Shown here: in pieces, positions 63,800-64,000 of the stretch
Layout of the letters: every line of letters begins with the position of its first letter
Numbering within the stretch: the first letter of the stretch is position 1
Source: an archaeon
GTDB taxonomy: Archaea; Nanobdellota; Nanobdellia; SCGC-AAA011-G17; GW2011-AR17
Reading direction: 5' to 3'
NCBI GenBank assembly: GCA_043814545.1
Contig: JBDRJY010000007.1
Coordinates: 6,819 to 70,818 of the forward strand
Length of the DNA: 64,000 bases
Notes under the pieces: model-generated
What the model was told of the DNA's origin: nothing
The model's database searches: none
Seen by the model: the letters and a program-made list of their open reading frames with translations, nothing else
Made by a program: the position numbers and the translations under genes

Positions 63800-64000
63800 A
63801 TGGAATATGACAATGGAAATAGAGGCGGTTTCCGCCAAAGCTTCGCTCCCGTTAAAGTTGGAGACGAAATAGACGTAACAATCGAGAGCCTTGGAGAAAA
63901 AGGCGATGGTATTGCTAAAGTTAACAACTTCGTTATCGTTGTACCAGGCGGTAAAGAAGGGGAAACCGTTAAAGTTAGAATAACTAGAGTTTTAAGAAAA
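63800..64000 (+). CDS. small TRAM-domain protein (3' end beyond window)
   Basis: MEYDNGNRGGFRQSFAPVKVGDEIDVTIESLGEKGDGIAKVNNFVIVVPGGKEGETVKVRITRV.. is the TRAM OB-fold pattern (G..y.v.Ie.l...G.GvAr.dg.vvFV.galPGE.v.v.i). An AGGAG Shine-Dalgarno-like sequence lies 9 nt upstream. Confidence 0.65.
   Translation, partial: MEYDNGNRGGFRQSFAPVKVGDEIDVTIESLGEKGDGIAKVNNFVIVVPGGKEGETVKVRITRVLRK

Noticed and set aside
1-64000. CRISPR arrays, rRNA genes, IS elements or transposases, integrases
   Set aside because: No periodic direct repeats with unique spacers. No long GC-rich rRNA-like stretches. No DDE or serine/tyrosine recombinase-like ORFs were recognised in any frame. The only repeats are the dispersed 23-bp motif and one local ~65-bp duplication.

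Overview
AT-rich (about 30% GC by eye), gene-dense chromosomal segment from an archaeon. It has a strong strand bias: roughly 50 of 60 genes are on the minus strand. The archaeal assignment rests on TFB, TBP, MCM, aIF1A, aIF2beta, an aRF1 with a NIKS-like motif, the eukaryote-type r-proteins S3Ae, S8e, S15(S13e) and L37e, an LSm protein, Hjc, a Rio1 plus KH(aDim2) pair, and intron-containing tRNAs. The small-genome style, very large surface proteins and AT-richness suggest a DPANN-like lineage. This is an inference, not a classification. Housekeeping genes are interleaved with two large minus-strand operons (13428..20189 and 29994..44632). These encode giant Cys-rich or heavily N-glycosylation-sequon-rich cell-surface proteins, and each operon is headed by proteins with prepilin-like (class III) signal peptides. 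Other glycan- or surface-related genes sit nearby: a LamG plus beta-helix giant protein, a radical SAM enzyme, a nucleotide-sugar epimerase and a polysaccharide deacetylase. The most notable observations are: (1) a 131-aa mini-intein inserted exactly in the GGQ|S catalytic motif of release factor aRF1; (2) a recurrent ~23-bp intergenic element, GGTTTTTGCC-N3-4-GGCTGAAAGG, with about 10 copies, all with the T-run on the plus strand, sitting just upstream of TATA-like boxes. Two copies carry flipped stem base pairs, which suggests a hairpin; (3) a free-standing double-motif LAGLIDADG endonuclease gene ending 1 nt before an intron-containing tRNA-Leu; (4) four tRNAs: Leu(TAG) with a non-canonically placed ~31-nt intron, Gln(TTG) with a canonical 35-nt intron, Val(GAC) and Thr(TGT); (5) a 56-aa histone-fold-like ORF and a 35-aa basic ORF that the ORF track missed; (6) a RelE/ParE-like TA pair, a stand-alone LigD-PE domain, and a stand-alone PEP-utiliser domain next to HAD hydrolases. 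No CRISPR array, rRNA or obvious transposon was seen.
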